Shown here: positions 50,801 to 61,453 of the stretch, piece by piece | Numbering within the stretch: the first letter of the stretch is position 1 | Layout of the letters: each line of letters starts with the position of its first letter | Source of the DNA: Squalus acanthias | Lineage: Eukaryota | Length of the DNA stretch: 64,000 nt | Direction of reading: 5' to 3' | Assembly: GCA_030390025.1 (NCBI GenBank) | Contig: CM059432.1 | Span: forward strand, 1,240,001-1,304,000 | Notes under the pieces: generated by a model | Database searches by the model: none | The model's input: the letters and a program-made list of their open reading frames with translations, nothing else | Told to the model about the DNA's origin: nothing | Program-made: the position numbers and the translations under genes

Positions 50801-52523
50801 AAAGATCACCCATTGTTACGTTACAGTTTTTCCTGTCGGTCTTTGGTTCCATTTTACCCTGACTAGATCCTTTTGCATCCCATTGAAGTTAGCGCTATTC
50901 CAGTTTAGAAGTTCCACTCTAGATTGTTCCTTGCTCCTCTCCAATGCTAATCTAAATCTTATGATACGATGATCACTCGTACCCAAGTGTTCTCCCACAG
51001 ACACTTGGTCGACCTGGCCCACCTCATTCCCCAGCACCAGATCCAGCAATGCCTCCTTCCTAGTTGGGCTAAGAACATACTGGTCAAGGAAATTCTCTTG
51101 AACACATTTCAGAAATTCCTCCCCCTCCTTTCCCTTTACCCTAGCATTATCCCAATCAATATTTGGGTAACTAAAGTCCCCCAATATCACCACTCTATAG
51201 CTCTTGCATATCTCTGTGATTTCCCTGCAGATTGGCTCCTCTGCCTCCCTCTCACTATTTGGAGGCCTGTAGAATACCCCCAATAGCGTGATCATACCCT
51301 TTTTGCTCCTCAGCTCTAACCAAATGGATTCTGTCCTTGTCCCCTCAAGATCATCCTCCCTTTCCAACACTATAATGTCTTCCTTAATCAGCACTGCCAC
51401 CCACCTCCCTTTTTTGCTTCCCTATCTTTTCTGAACACCTTGTACCCTTGAATATTAAGTGCCCAGTCCTCACCGTTTTTAAGCCACGTTTCCGATATTG
51501 CCACACGGCTAATTGTGCTTGTAGCTCACCAACCTTATTCACCAAACTTTGTGCGTTTACATACATGCATTCTAAACCCATTTTTGAATTTTTCGTAGTC
51601 TTTCTTAGTCTGTTCCTATCTAATATGGCACTACTTCCGCCTCCAGCACTACCTTCCCCTCCAGTACCATCCAACACACTCACTCTTCCATGCACCCCAT
51701 TCCTTCCCTCCACTCCTACAAGCTGGTGCCCATCCCCTGCTAAGCTAGTTTAAACCCTCCCCAACAACACTAGCAAACCTCCCCGCGAGAATATTGGTCC
51801 TGGCTCTGTTGAGGTGTAACCCGTCTGGCTTGTAAAGGTCCCACCTTCCCCAGAAATGGTCCCAATGCCTCGGGAATCTAAAGCCCATCTCCTGCACCAT
51901 CTCTCCAGCCACGCATTCATCTGTTCTATCCTCCTATTCCTGTACTCACTAGCACGTGGCACCGGGAGTAATCCAGAGATTACTACCTTTGTGGTCCTGC
52001 TTTTTAATCTCTTTCCTAGCTCCATATAGTCTGCCTGCAGACCCTCATCCCTCTTTCTGCCTATGTCGTTGGTACCGATATGGACAACGACCTCTGGCTG
52101 TTCACCCTCCATCCTCAGAGTGTCCTGCAGCCGCTCAGTGACATCCTTGACCCTGGCACAGGGAGGCAACATACCATCCTGGAGTCACGTCTGCGTCCAC
52201 AGAAACGCCTATCTGTTCCCCTAACCAATGAATCCCCTATCACTATTGCTCTTCCACTGTTCTTCCTCCCCCCCCCATGTGCAGCTGAGCCACCCGTGGT
52301 GCCGTGGCCTTGGCTCTGGCTGCTCTCCCCAGAGGAGACATCACCCCCACCAGTTTCCAGAACTGTGAACCGGTTAGCGAGCGAGATGCACTCTGGAGAT
52401 TCCTGCCCTACCTGCCTGGTCCTCCTTCTCTGGTGGTCACCCATTCCCTCTCTGCCTGCACATTCTGAGGCTGCGGGGTGACCACTTCTAGAAACGTGCT
52501 TTCCAAGTATTTCTCAGCCTCAC
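47900..52523 (-). mobile_element. Near full-length CR1 LINE (copy D), split by a MITE
   Basis: ORF1 esterase (IGDSLVRG, VHIGTND) at 51750-52444; APE at 50816-51713; RT at 48089-49794. Confidence 0.93.
49741..50622. mobile_element. Non-autonomous Harbinger-type DNA transposon
   Basis: Perfect 16-bp TIRs GGGGGAAAAATTCAGT / ACTGAATTTTTCCCCC and 3-bp TSD ATT (49738-40, 50623-25). Excision restores the CR1 ORF2 reading NQTKYNKFRGEV. Confidence 0.88.
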
Positions 52524-52532
52524 TTAATCAGA

Positions 52533-52719
52533 AATGAGAAGTCGCACAACACCAGGTTATAGTCCAACAGTTTTATTTGAAATCACGAGCTTTCGGAGCG
52601 CTGCTCCTTCGTCAGGTAAAGTGAGGGATTTCAAATAAAACTGTTGGACTATAACCTGGTGTTGTGCGACTTCTCATTTTTGTCCACCCCAGTCCAACAC
52701 TGGCATCTCCGCATCATGG
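52533..52719. mobile_element. Miniature fold-back Penelope-like insertion (same family as 9807-10842), 13-bp TSD
   Basis: ~52-bp inverted arms (AATGAGAAGTCGCACAACACCAGG... / ...CCTGGTGTTGTGCGACTTCTCATT); same tail TCCACCCCAGTCCAACAC.GGCATCTCCGCATCATG; TSD TCACTTAATCAGA at 52520-32 and 52720-32. Confidence 0.88.
52583..52619 (-). ncRNA. Minimal hammerhead ribozyme-like motif
   Basis: Minus strand reads TTAC-CTGACGA-A-GGAGC-AGC-GCTCC-GAAA-GC-TC-GTGA; perfect stem II, CUC cleavage triplet. Confidence 0.68.
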
Positions 52720-54084
52720 TCACTTAATCAGAGGTAAGATCATCCAAAGATTTAAACTTTTCTAACAATTGGTTTTGTTAACATTTAAAATACAAGTTTT
52801 ACAGATAGAGATTAATACAACCTTAATTCGAAGTACAACTCTAAACTCCGAACGGCCAATTCTTCTGCTTCGGGAGACTGAGAGGTTAATTCTCCATTGA
52901 CATCCTACGTGGTGTTCTTCTGACCTGTCTTTGTGGTCTCCTCATGGACTGTCTCCTTCCTTCACTTTAGAATGGCTGCTCTTACACCATTCTTGCTGAC
53001 AAAAACAAGCTTCTCTGTAACTTTCCCCTCTCACGTTACACAGACTGGTTACACAGACAGATGCTATGAAAATAGCACCTGGTGTTTACCACTGTTTCCC
53101 AAAGTCTTCCAAGGCCTCCTTATCTGTAGCCTTCCAGACAGTCTGAATAATATTTTTGCACGTCACCAACCTTCCCAGCAATGCCACCTTGAATAGTCAG
53201 TTTATCAGTTCCTTGGTTGAAATCATACTTTTAACCAATCTCAGCTCCTTTAGCAGGTAGTTAATCCAGGTTTCTAGCCAATCTTTAAGTTTCCTTGAAA
53301 CGTATTGAAAATTCCAAAATCCTTCAATCTCCTCACCCGCTTCGAGGACAAGGCCAAGACCGCTTGTGGGGAAGCACTCAGCTTTTGCCATGGGAGATGT
53401 TGAGGTCGGCAGTTTCTTGACTGAGCACCTGCACTATTGCCCTGATACCCCTGTGAAATACCACACAGACAGCACCATCCACCCCCTTTCTCTGTCTCCA
53501 TAATCTCAAGGGGGATTCTCCCCTTCCTGCAGATCTACCAGAGCAATGTGTGGCATAGGAGGAGGAAGATGATGGCGAAGAGGATAATGATGAAGACTAT
53601 GCCACCCAGGAGTCGCAGCTGCGTGATACTGCCGTCCTTCAGGACAGCAGCATATGCCAGGCCTCCAGCCGTACCCCTCAGGGCATCATGCCAGTGGAAC
53701 ATGGGAAGTTGAGACCAGGTTGCCCAGGAGCATCCTCTAGAAATGCAGCCAACAGTGGTTCCATGCCAGCTGCCATTGGACAAGGACAGCAACCTCAGTT
53801 GCATGACACTTTTATAGAGCATGAGGAGCCAACCACTTCAAACACCTAGAGGAAGCACGAATAGGCCCCCATAGAGAGCACCATATTTCCTTCGTCCTGA
53901 GTACACCTGAGGTTGGATGGGAGGGGGTTGTCTGTGAGGGTCTGAATATCTGCTGGCGCTCTGACCCTCTGAGAAGCCGTCAAAAGCAGGTGCAGGTGTC
54001 TTGTAGGTAGAATTCAAAAAGAAACACATCTTAAAATCTTTTCCTACCTTCAGAGATCTTCAACAAAAGATTTTCAGCCTTTGG

Positions 54085-54632
54085 GAACAGCTCGCTTCCG
54101 CCTTTAACAGCTGATCCCGACAACTGTGGTGCCGCATTGAAACAGGTGTAACTTGCCCCGAACGCACTGGTTCAGGAAACTGCATCCACAATGCCACGCT
54201 CAGGCGGGCGTATGGAAATGAAGCCATTGAGCAGGCTGATCACAGAACTGCTCCAAAATCACGAGCAAACTCGAGAGGAAGCTGATGAAAGGCAGATAAG
54301 CACTGGTACCAGCTTGCCCACAACTTTCTTCACTGGAAAAATTGCTAATGCCATTCCAGCGCTGCTAAAGTATTGCAAGCAACGAGGAAACTTCTTCCCC
54401 CAGAGAGTGGTGAGAATGTGGAACTCTACCACAGGGAGTGGTTGAGGCGAATAGCAGAGATGCATTTAAGGGGAAGCTAGATAAGCACACGAGGGAGAAA
54501 GGAATAGAAGGGTATGTGGAATAGGGTGAGATGAAGTAGGTGGGAGGAGGCTCGTGTGGAGCATAAACTGGCATGGACCAGTTGGGCCGAATGGCCTGTT
54601 TCTGTGCTGTAAATTCCATGTAATTCTATGAA
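54085..54632 (+). mobile_element. Non-autonomous head+CR1-tail element (homolog of 17150-17610)
   Basis: Shared junction sequence with 17280-17420; ends with TAAATTCCATGTAATTCTATG. Confidence 0.7.
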
Positions 54633-54779
54633 ATTCACCCCCACTGTGCTGTTTAGTGTATAAGTATAGTGGACTACTGTGAATAAAGGTGTATTATGTT
54701 GATGAAAATTATTACTATTGGCTCTTTAGTTTACTCTAACTAAAACTACTTTTACTTCTTTCTTTACAAATCATAATAG

Positions 54780-57700
54780 CTGTAAATATTGATGGGAAGG
54801 CACACCGACCAAGCTCCGATGATCAAAATGTAAAATCACTGTCTAAGGATTCTTCACTTATTAATCAGGAAGTTATGTCTAAAATTCTTTGTGAGAAAAC
54901 CCCTTCTGTTCGTCATGAAGCCGTACCTTGTCCATCTCTGCCTATGATTAAGGATCCTTCTGTACATCAAGAAGTTGCACCCACTCCAAATCAAACCTTC
55001 CCTCATCAAGAAGCTGTATCTGGTCCACATGAGAATTTCCCTAGGGCACCATATGTTCGTCATGAAGCTGTACCTGTTCCATACGAACCTATGATTAGGG
55101 CACCATATGTTCGTCATGAAGCAGTACCTATTCCGTATGAGTCTTTGGCTAGGGCTCCATATTATCAAGAAGTCGTACCTGCTCCATATGACCCTTACAT
55201 CAGGGCTCCATATTATCAAGAAGCCATACCTGCTTCATTTGAGCCTGTGATTGTAGCCCCAGCTATTCGTCCAGAACCTATTCCTGTTCCTATTCCATAT
55301 GAAACTGTGATTATGACTCAGCCTCTTCGTCAAGCACCTGTGCCTGCTGCATATGATTACAGGATTAAAAGTTCTCCTGTTCGTCAGGAGGTTTTACGTT
55401 CCCCGTATGACGCAAGTTCATCGCCTGGTCATCAAGGAACTGTACCTACTGCAAGTGACACCAAGTCCCTGTCTGTTTGTCCACCAGCTGCACCTTCTCA
55501 ACATGAGAGTCTGTCCTCGCCTACTCGTACTGAACCAATACCTGTTACTTATAGCAGTAAAACCTCAGAGGTTCGTCAGGAATCTGTACGGGTTAAATCC
55601 CCACCTGCTCTTCAAGAATGTTCATCTTCTCAATTTGAAAGAAAGTCCCCGATTATTTTCCAACAAGCAATGGCACCTCAATATCAGTCCCCACCTGTTT
55701 ATTCACAACCTATACCATCTCCATTTGAGCCTATACCTCCATCTTACTATCAAGGGGTACCTACTCAATATGCAAATATGGCTCCAGTTGTTTACCAGCC
55801 CATATCACCTCAATACACCGCTAGGTCCCCTCCTCTTTATCAACCAACAACAGCTTCTCAATACGAAAATAAGTACCCATTAATTGGTCAACAAACAGTA
55901 CCTGCTCAGTATGAAACTTTTTCTCGGCCAATTGAGGATAAGTCTGTTTATCAACTAGCTCCAGGTGAGACTTTAATATGTACATCTGTTCCACAAGAAA
56001 GTGTGAGGCTTCCATCACCTATTCCATATGAGGGTTTGAAGATAAGTCCCTCTGTTCGTCAAGAAAATCCACCTGCTGCAAGTGGCGAGATCTTATCTGT
56101 TTGTCAAGACCATTCATGTGATCAATGTAAGAAGGTCCCATCTACTCATCAAGATAAACTGGCTCCATGTGGCGATGTGTCATCTGTTTGCCAAGACCAG
56201 CCATGTGATCTCTGTAAGAAGGCTCACTCTACTGCTCAAGATAAACCGGCTCCATGTGGCAATGTCTCAACTGTTTGTCAAGACCATTCGTGTGATCAGT
56301 GTAAGAAGGCCCAATCTACTTCTCAAGATAAACTGGCACTAAGTAGCGATGTCTCATCTGTTTGTCAAGAACATTCATGTGATCAATGTAAGAAGAAATC
56401 ATCTCGTCAAAAGTTATCGGCTGCTCCAAGTGGTGATGTCTCAACTGTATGCGAAGAACATTCATGTGATCAATGTAAGAAGAAGTCATCTCGTCAACAG
56501 TTATCGGCTGCTCCAAGTGGCGATGTCTCAACTGTATGCGAAGAACATTCATGTGATCAATGTAAGAAGAAGTCATCTCGTCAACAGTTATCGGCTGCTC
56601 CAAGTGGCGATGTCTCAACTGTATGCGAAGAACATTCATGTGATCAATGTAAGAAGAAGTCATCTACTCGTTTACAGTTATCGTCTGCTCCAAGTGGCGA
56701 TGTCTCAACTGTTTGCGAAGAACATTCATGTGATCAATGTAAGAAGTCGTCATCTACCTGTCAAGAGTTCTCATCTGCTCCAAGTGGTGATCTCTCAACT
56801 GGTTGTCAAGATCCTTCATGTGATCAATGTAAGAAGAAGTCATCTACCTGTCAAGAGGTCTCGTCTGCTCCAAGTGGTGATCTCCCAACTGTTTGCGAAG
56901 AACATTCTTGTGATCAATGTAAGAAGAAGTCATCTACCTGTCAAGAGGTCTCGTCTGCTCCAAGTGGTGATCTCCCAACTGTTTGCGAAGAACATTCTTG
57001 TGATCAATGTAAGAAGAAGTCATCTACCTGTCAAGAGGTCTCGTCTGCTCCAAGTGGTGATCTCTCAACTGTTTGCGAAGAACATTCTTGTGATCAATGT
57101 AAGAAGAAGTCATCTACCTGTCAAGAGGTCTCGTCTGCTCCAAGTGGTGATCTCTCAACTGTTTGCGAAGAACATTCTTGTGATCAATGTAAGAAGAAGT
57201 CATCAACCTGTCAAGAGGTCTCGTCTGCTCCAAGTGGTGATCTCCCAACTGTTTGCGAAGAACATTCATGTGATCAATGTAAGAAGAAGTCATCAACCTG
57301 TCAAGAGGTCTCGTCTGCTCCAAGTGGCGATGTCTCAATTGTATGCGAAGAACATTCATGTGATCAATGTAAGAAGAAGTCATCTACTCGTCAACAGTTA
57401 TCGGCTGCTCCAAGTGGCGATGTCTCAATTGTATGCGAAGAACATTCATGCGATCAATGTAAGAAGAAGTCATCTACTCGTTTACAGTTCTCGTCTGCTC
57501 CAAGTGGTGATCTCTCATCTGTTTGTCAGGACCATTCATGTGATCAATGTAAGAAGGAGTCATCTACCTGTCCACGATTCTTGTCTGCTCCAAGTGGTGA
57601 TCTCTCAACTAGTTGTCAAGAAGAGTCATGTAATCAATGCACTAAGTCGTCATCTACCTGTCTAATGTTCTTTTCTGCTCCAAGTGGTGATCTCTCATCT

Positions 57701-60466
57701 GGTTGTCAAGACGAGTCATGTGATCAATGCAATAAGGAGTCATCTACCTGTCAGCAGTTCTCGTCTGCTCCAAGTGGTGATCTCTCAACTGGTTGTCAAG
57801 AAGAGTCATGTGATCAATGTCGGAAGAAGTCATCTACCTGTCAGCAGTTCTCGTCTGCTCCAAGTGGTAGTCTCTCAACTGGTTGTCAAGAAGAGTCATG
57901 TGATCAATGTCGGAAGAAGTCATCTACCAATCAACAGTTCTCGTCTGCTCCGAGTGGTGATCTCTCATCCGGTTGTCAAGAAGAGTCATGTGATCAATGT
58001 CGGAAGAAGTCATCTACCAATCAACAGTTCTCGTCTGCTCCAAGTGGTGATCTCTCAACTGGTTGTCAAGAAGAGTCATGTAATCAATGTAGGAAGAAGT
58101 CATCTACCTGTCAACCGTTTTCATCTGCTCCAAGTGGTGATCTCTCATCTGGTTGCGAAGACCATTCATGTGATCAATGTAAGAAGAAGTCATCTACCTG
58201 TCAACAGTTTTCATCTGCTCCAAGTGGTGATCTGTCTTCTGGCTGTCAGGACCCTTCATGTGATCAATGTAGCAGGACGTCATCTGCCTGTCAACAGTTT
58301 TCATCTGCTCCAAGTGGTGATCTCTCAACTGGCTGTCAAGACCCTTCATGTGATCAATGTAAGAAGAAGTCATCTACCTGTCAACAGTTCTCGTCTGCTC
58401 CAAGTGGTGATCTCTCAACTGGCTGTCAAGACCCTTCATGTGATCAATGTAAGAAGAAGTCATCTACCTGTCAACAGTTCTCGTCTGCTCCAAGTGGTGA
58501 TCTCTCAACTGGCTGTCAAGACCCTTCATGTGATCAATGTAAGAAGAAGTCATCTACCTGTCAACAGTTCTCGTCTGCTCCAAGTGGTGATCTCTCAACT
58601 GGCTGTCAAGACCCTTCATGTGATCAATGTAAGAAGAAGTCATCTACCTGTCAACAGTTCTCGTCTGCTCCAAGTGGTGATCTCTCAACTGGCTGTCAAG
58701 ACCATTCATGTGATCAATGTAGGAAGGTGTCGTCTACTCGTCAAGAGTCTTCATCTGGTCCAAGTGCCAATGCCTCATCTAACTGTCAAGACCATTCATG
58801 TGATCAATGTAGGAAGGTGTCGTCTACTCGTCAAGAGTCTTCATCTGGTCCAAGTGCCAATGCCTCATCTAACTGTCAAGACCATTCATGTGATCAATGT
58901 AGGAAGGTGTCGTCTACTCGTCAAGAGTCTTCATCTGGTCCAAGTGCCAATGCCTCATCTAACTGTCAAGACCATTCATGTGATCAATGTAGGAAGGTGT
59001 CGTCTACTCGTCAAGAGTCTTCATCTGGTCCAAGTGCCAATGCCTCATCTAACTGTCAAGACCATTCATGTGATCAATGTAGGAAGGTGTCGTCTACTCG
59101 TCAAGAGTCTTCATCTGGTCCAAGTGCCAATGCCTCATCTAACTGTCAAGACCATTCATGTGATCAATGTAGGAAGGTGTCGTCTACTCGTCAAGAGTCT
59201 TCATCTGGTCCAAGTGCCAATGCCTCATCTGGTTGTCAAGACCATTCATGTGATCAATGTAGGAAGGTGTCGTCTACTCGTCAAGAGTTCTCGTCTGGTG
59301 CCAGTGCCTCATCTGGTTGTCAAGACCATTCATGTGATCAATGTAGGAAGGTGTCATCGACTCGTCAAGATTATTCTACTGCTCCAAGTGGCGATCTCTC
59401 AACTACTTGTCAAGACCATTCATGTGATCAATGTCGGAAGGTGTCATCTACTCGTCAAGATTATTCGACTGGTCCAAGTGCCAATGCCTCATCTAGTTGT
59501 CAGGATCATTCATGTGATCAATGTAGGAAGGTGTCATCTACCCGTCAAGATTATTCGACTGCTCCAAGTACCAATGCCTCATCTAGTTGTCAGGATCATT
59601 CATGTGATCAATGTAGGAAGGTGTCATCTACTCGTCAAGATTATTCAACTGCTCCAAGTACCAATGCCTCATCTAGTTGTCAGGACCATTCATGTGATCA
59701 ATGTAGGAATGTGTCATCTACTCATCAAGATTATTCATCTGCTCCAAGTGGCAGTGTCTCATTTGGTTGTCAAGATCCTTCATGTGCTCAATGCAAGAAG
59801 GCATCATCGACTCCAATTAGCGATATCTCATCTGCTGGTCAAGAGCATTCATGTGATTATTGTAGGAAGGACTCATCTCAAGAATCTAAACCATGTGGGG
59901 TCTGTGAAAAATGTACCCAAAAAGCCTCTCGTGAAAGTCCCCAAGACCCCCAGGCTCCTACATTGCAATGTTTGTATAAGGCTCCATCATCTGCATATGG
60001 TGCACAGGACAATGCGTCTTCAGATCCATCAACAACATTTAGTCCACAGAATAGTGTGTGTAAGGCCCCACCCTTTAATCAAGGAAGTCCTGATGGAGGT
60101 CATTCTGACACATTACCCACCAATAAGCCCATTTTCATGCACCTTTCCACAAAATGTTGCATTGTGAACTATAGTGATTCATCAACTTGCCTTGAACCTG
60201 TAATCGTATACCATGAATCTACAATTCAGAGAGTATCAGAAATTCACTTGAAGGATGAACCTGATGCTAAAGATGCTGGTGTATGTTCTGCTGAGGATGC
60301 TGCATCAAAAGACAAAAAAGCTGAGGCAGCCTCACCTGCTCCTCCATCTGAAGAAGATACATCTTGTCATAGCTCTACAGATTCTGTATGTGGGAGATCA
60401 GAAGGAGATGCACAGGAAAAATCATCCACTGGTGAAGCAGATGCTGGTAAGGAAGATGCAAATTAG
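54780..60466 (+). CDS. CABYR: Giant third coding exon of the CABYR-like gene: Pro/Tyr-rich repeats, ~42 Cys/His-rich 30-aa repeats, acidic C-terminus
   Basis: Uninterrupted 5.7 kb ORF. A pyrimidine-rich acceptor ending TAG at 54777-79 gives phase 1 (G+CT=Ala), then 31 open codons in frame with the ATG at 54875. It ends at TAG 60464-66 or at the donor CTG|GTAAGG (60446/7). Linkage to the D/D exons is inferred from phase and strand. Confidence 0.8.
56090..59870 (+). repeat. Coding tandem repeat, 90-bp unit (some 84-87 bp), ~42-43 copies
   Basis: Consensus SSAPSGDLSTGCQDHSCDQCKKKSSTCQQF; length changes preserve the reading frame. Confidence 0.97.
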
Positions 60467-60696
60467 GTGAAGAGTAAAAGATTTTGTAAGAAGTTTTGAA
60501 CATGAGAATGAGAGAAAGCAAATCATGTTCTTCCACAGACCATTGAACTCTAACCCCGTCCATCCAGCAGAAACTGTGTGGGGGGGATGGGGGGCGGTGG
60601 CAGCAGCTAAAGTAATGTGGGGGACATATCGACTGGCTTCCTGCCCTGATCTACCTGACTAAAATTGCAGGTGACAAGGACACCCGCCCAAAGCCG

Positions 60697-61453
60697 CATT
60701 CCTGCCCAGGATTTAAAATCGATCCCGTTGATTTTTGAAGTTAGTGCAGTTCCCCCTAACAGTTAGCATGTATTCTTTTGTTTCAGTTTGGTGTTTAACG
60801 TAACATTAGGAAAAATGGAGAAAGAATTGCAAATATGTAGATCGGGCGCCGATGATGTCATTAGAGCCTGACTGCTATATTAACCTGAGGCCTGATCAAA
60901 GGGAGCCACGTTGGCTTCTCTGCCAGGCCAAAGCTGTCAGGAAATGGATCCAGGGCCAGAAGGGTAGATTTAAAAAAAAATGTTTAAGTTTCTTTGTGGG
61001 CCAGGAGGCTCTGCAGGCTCCAGAAAGAAAGGTTGGGCCTCCCCTGGTGCGGGCTTGCCACCTCTTCTCCGAGCGGGTGATCCCTGTCGGACACCCCCTC
61101 CCCTTCCTAAAGACTTAACTGAGTGTTGGGATCCATTCCCTCTGGTCCCCAGCGGCGGCCTCCAGCCGTATGGTTTTAACGGCCAGGCAGCCGCTTCCCG
61201 CTGACCTCCAGGCTGTTTTGGTTGGGGAAGTTGGCCAGCGACGTGCAAATGAGGCCCATCTGGGCCTCCCCACTCCCACTCCTGGATGGATTGGCCGCTT
61301 GCTAGGCTACATTCCTGCCCGGGATTTAAAGTCGATCCCGTTGATTTTGAAGTTAGTGCAGTTCCTCCTAACAGTAAGCACATTAATATTCTTTTGTTCC
61401 AATTTTCGTGTTTAATGTAACGTTAGGAAAAATGGAGAATGAATTGCAAATAT
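60697..61453 (+). repeat. Diverged ~140-bp direct repeat (60697-60836 and 61310-61453) amid degraded GC-rich MITE-like sequence
   Basis: CATTCCTGCCC.GGATTTAAA.TCGATCCCGTTGATTTT..AAGTTAGTGCAGTTCC...TTAGGAAAAATGGAGAA.GAATTGCAAATAT occurs twice. Confidence 0.85.

Noticed and set aside
52740..54030. Possible additional exon(s) or decayed LTR/L1-like fragments in the intron
   Set aside because: There are only short ORFs without recognisable motifs or convincing paired splice sites, so I cannot support a call.
56349..60167. Overlapping alternative-frame ORFs of 438 and 827 aa (HVINVRRSHL repeats)
   Set aside because: They are a by-product of a stop-free frame in the amplified unit. They are broken at 57665 and lack splice or start support, whereas the main frame stays open across the non-repetitive flanks.
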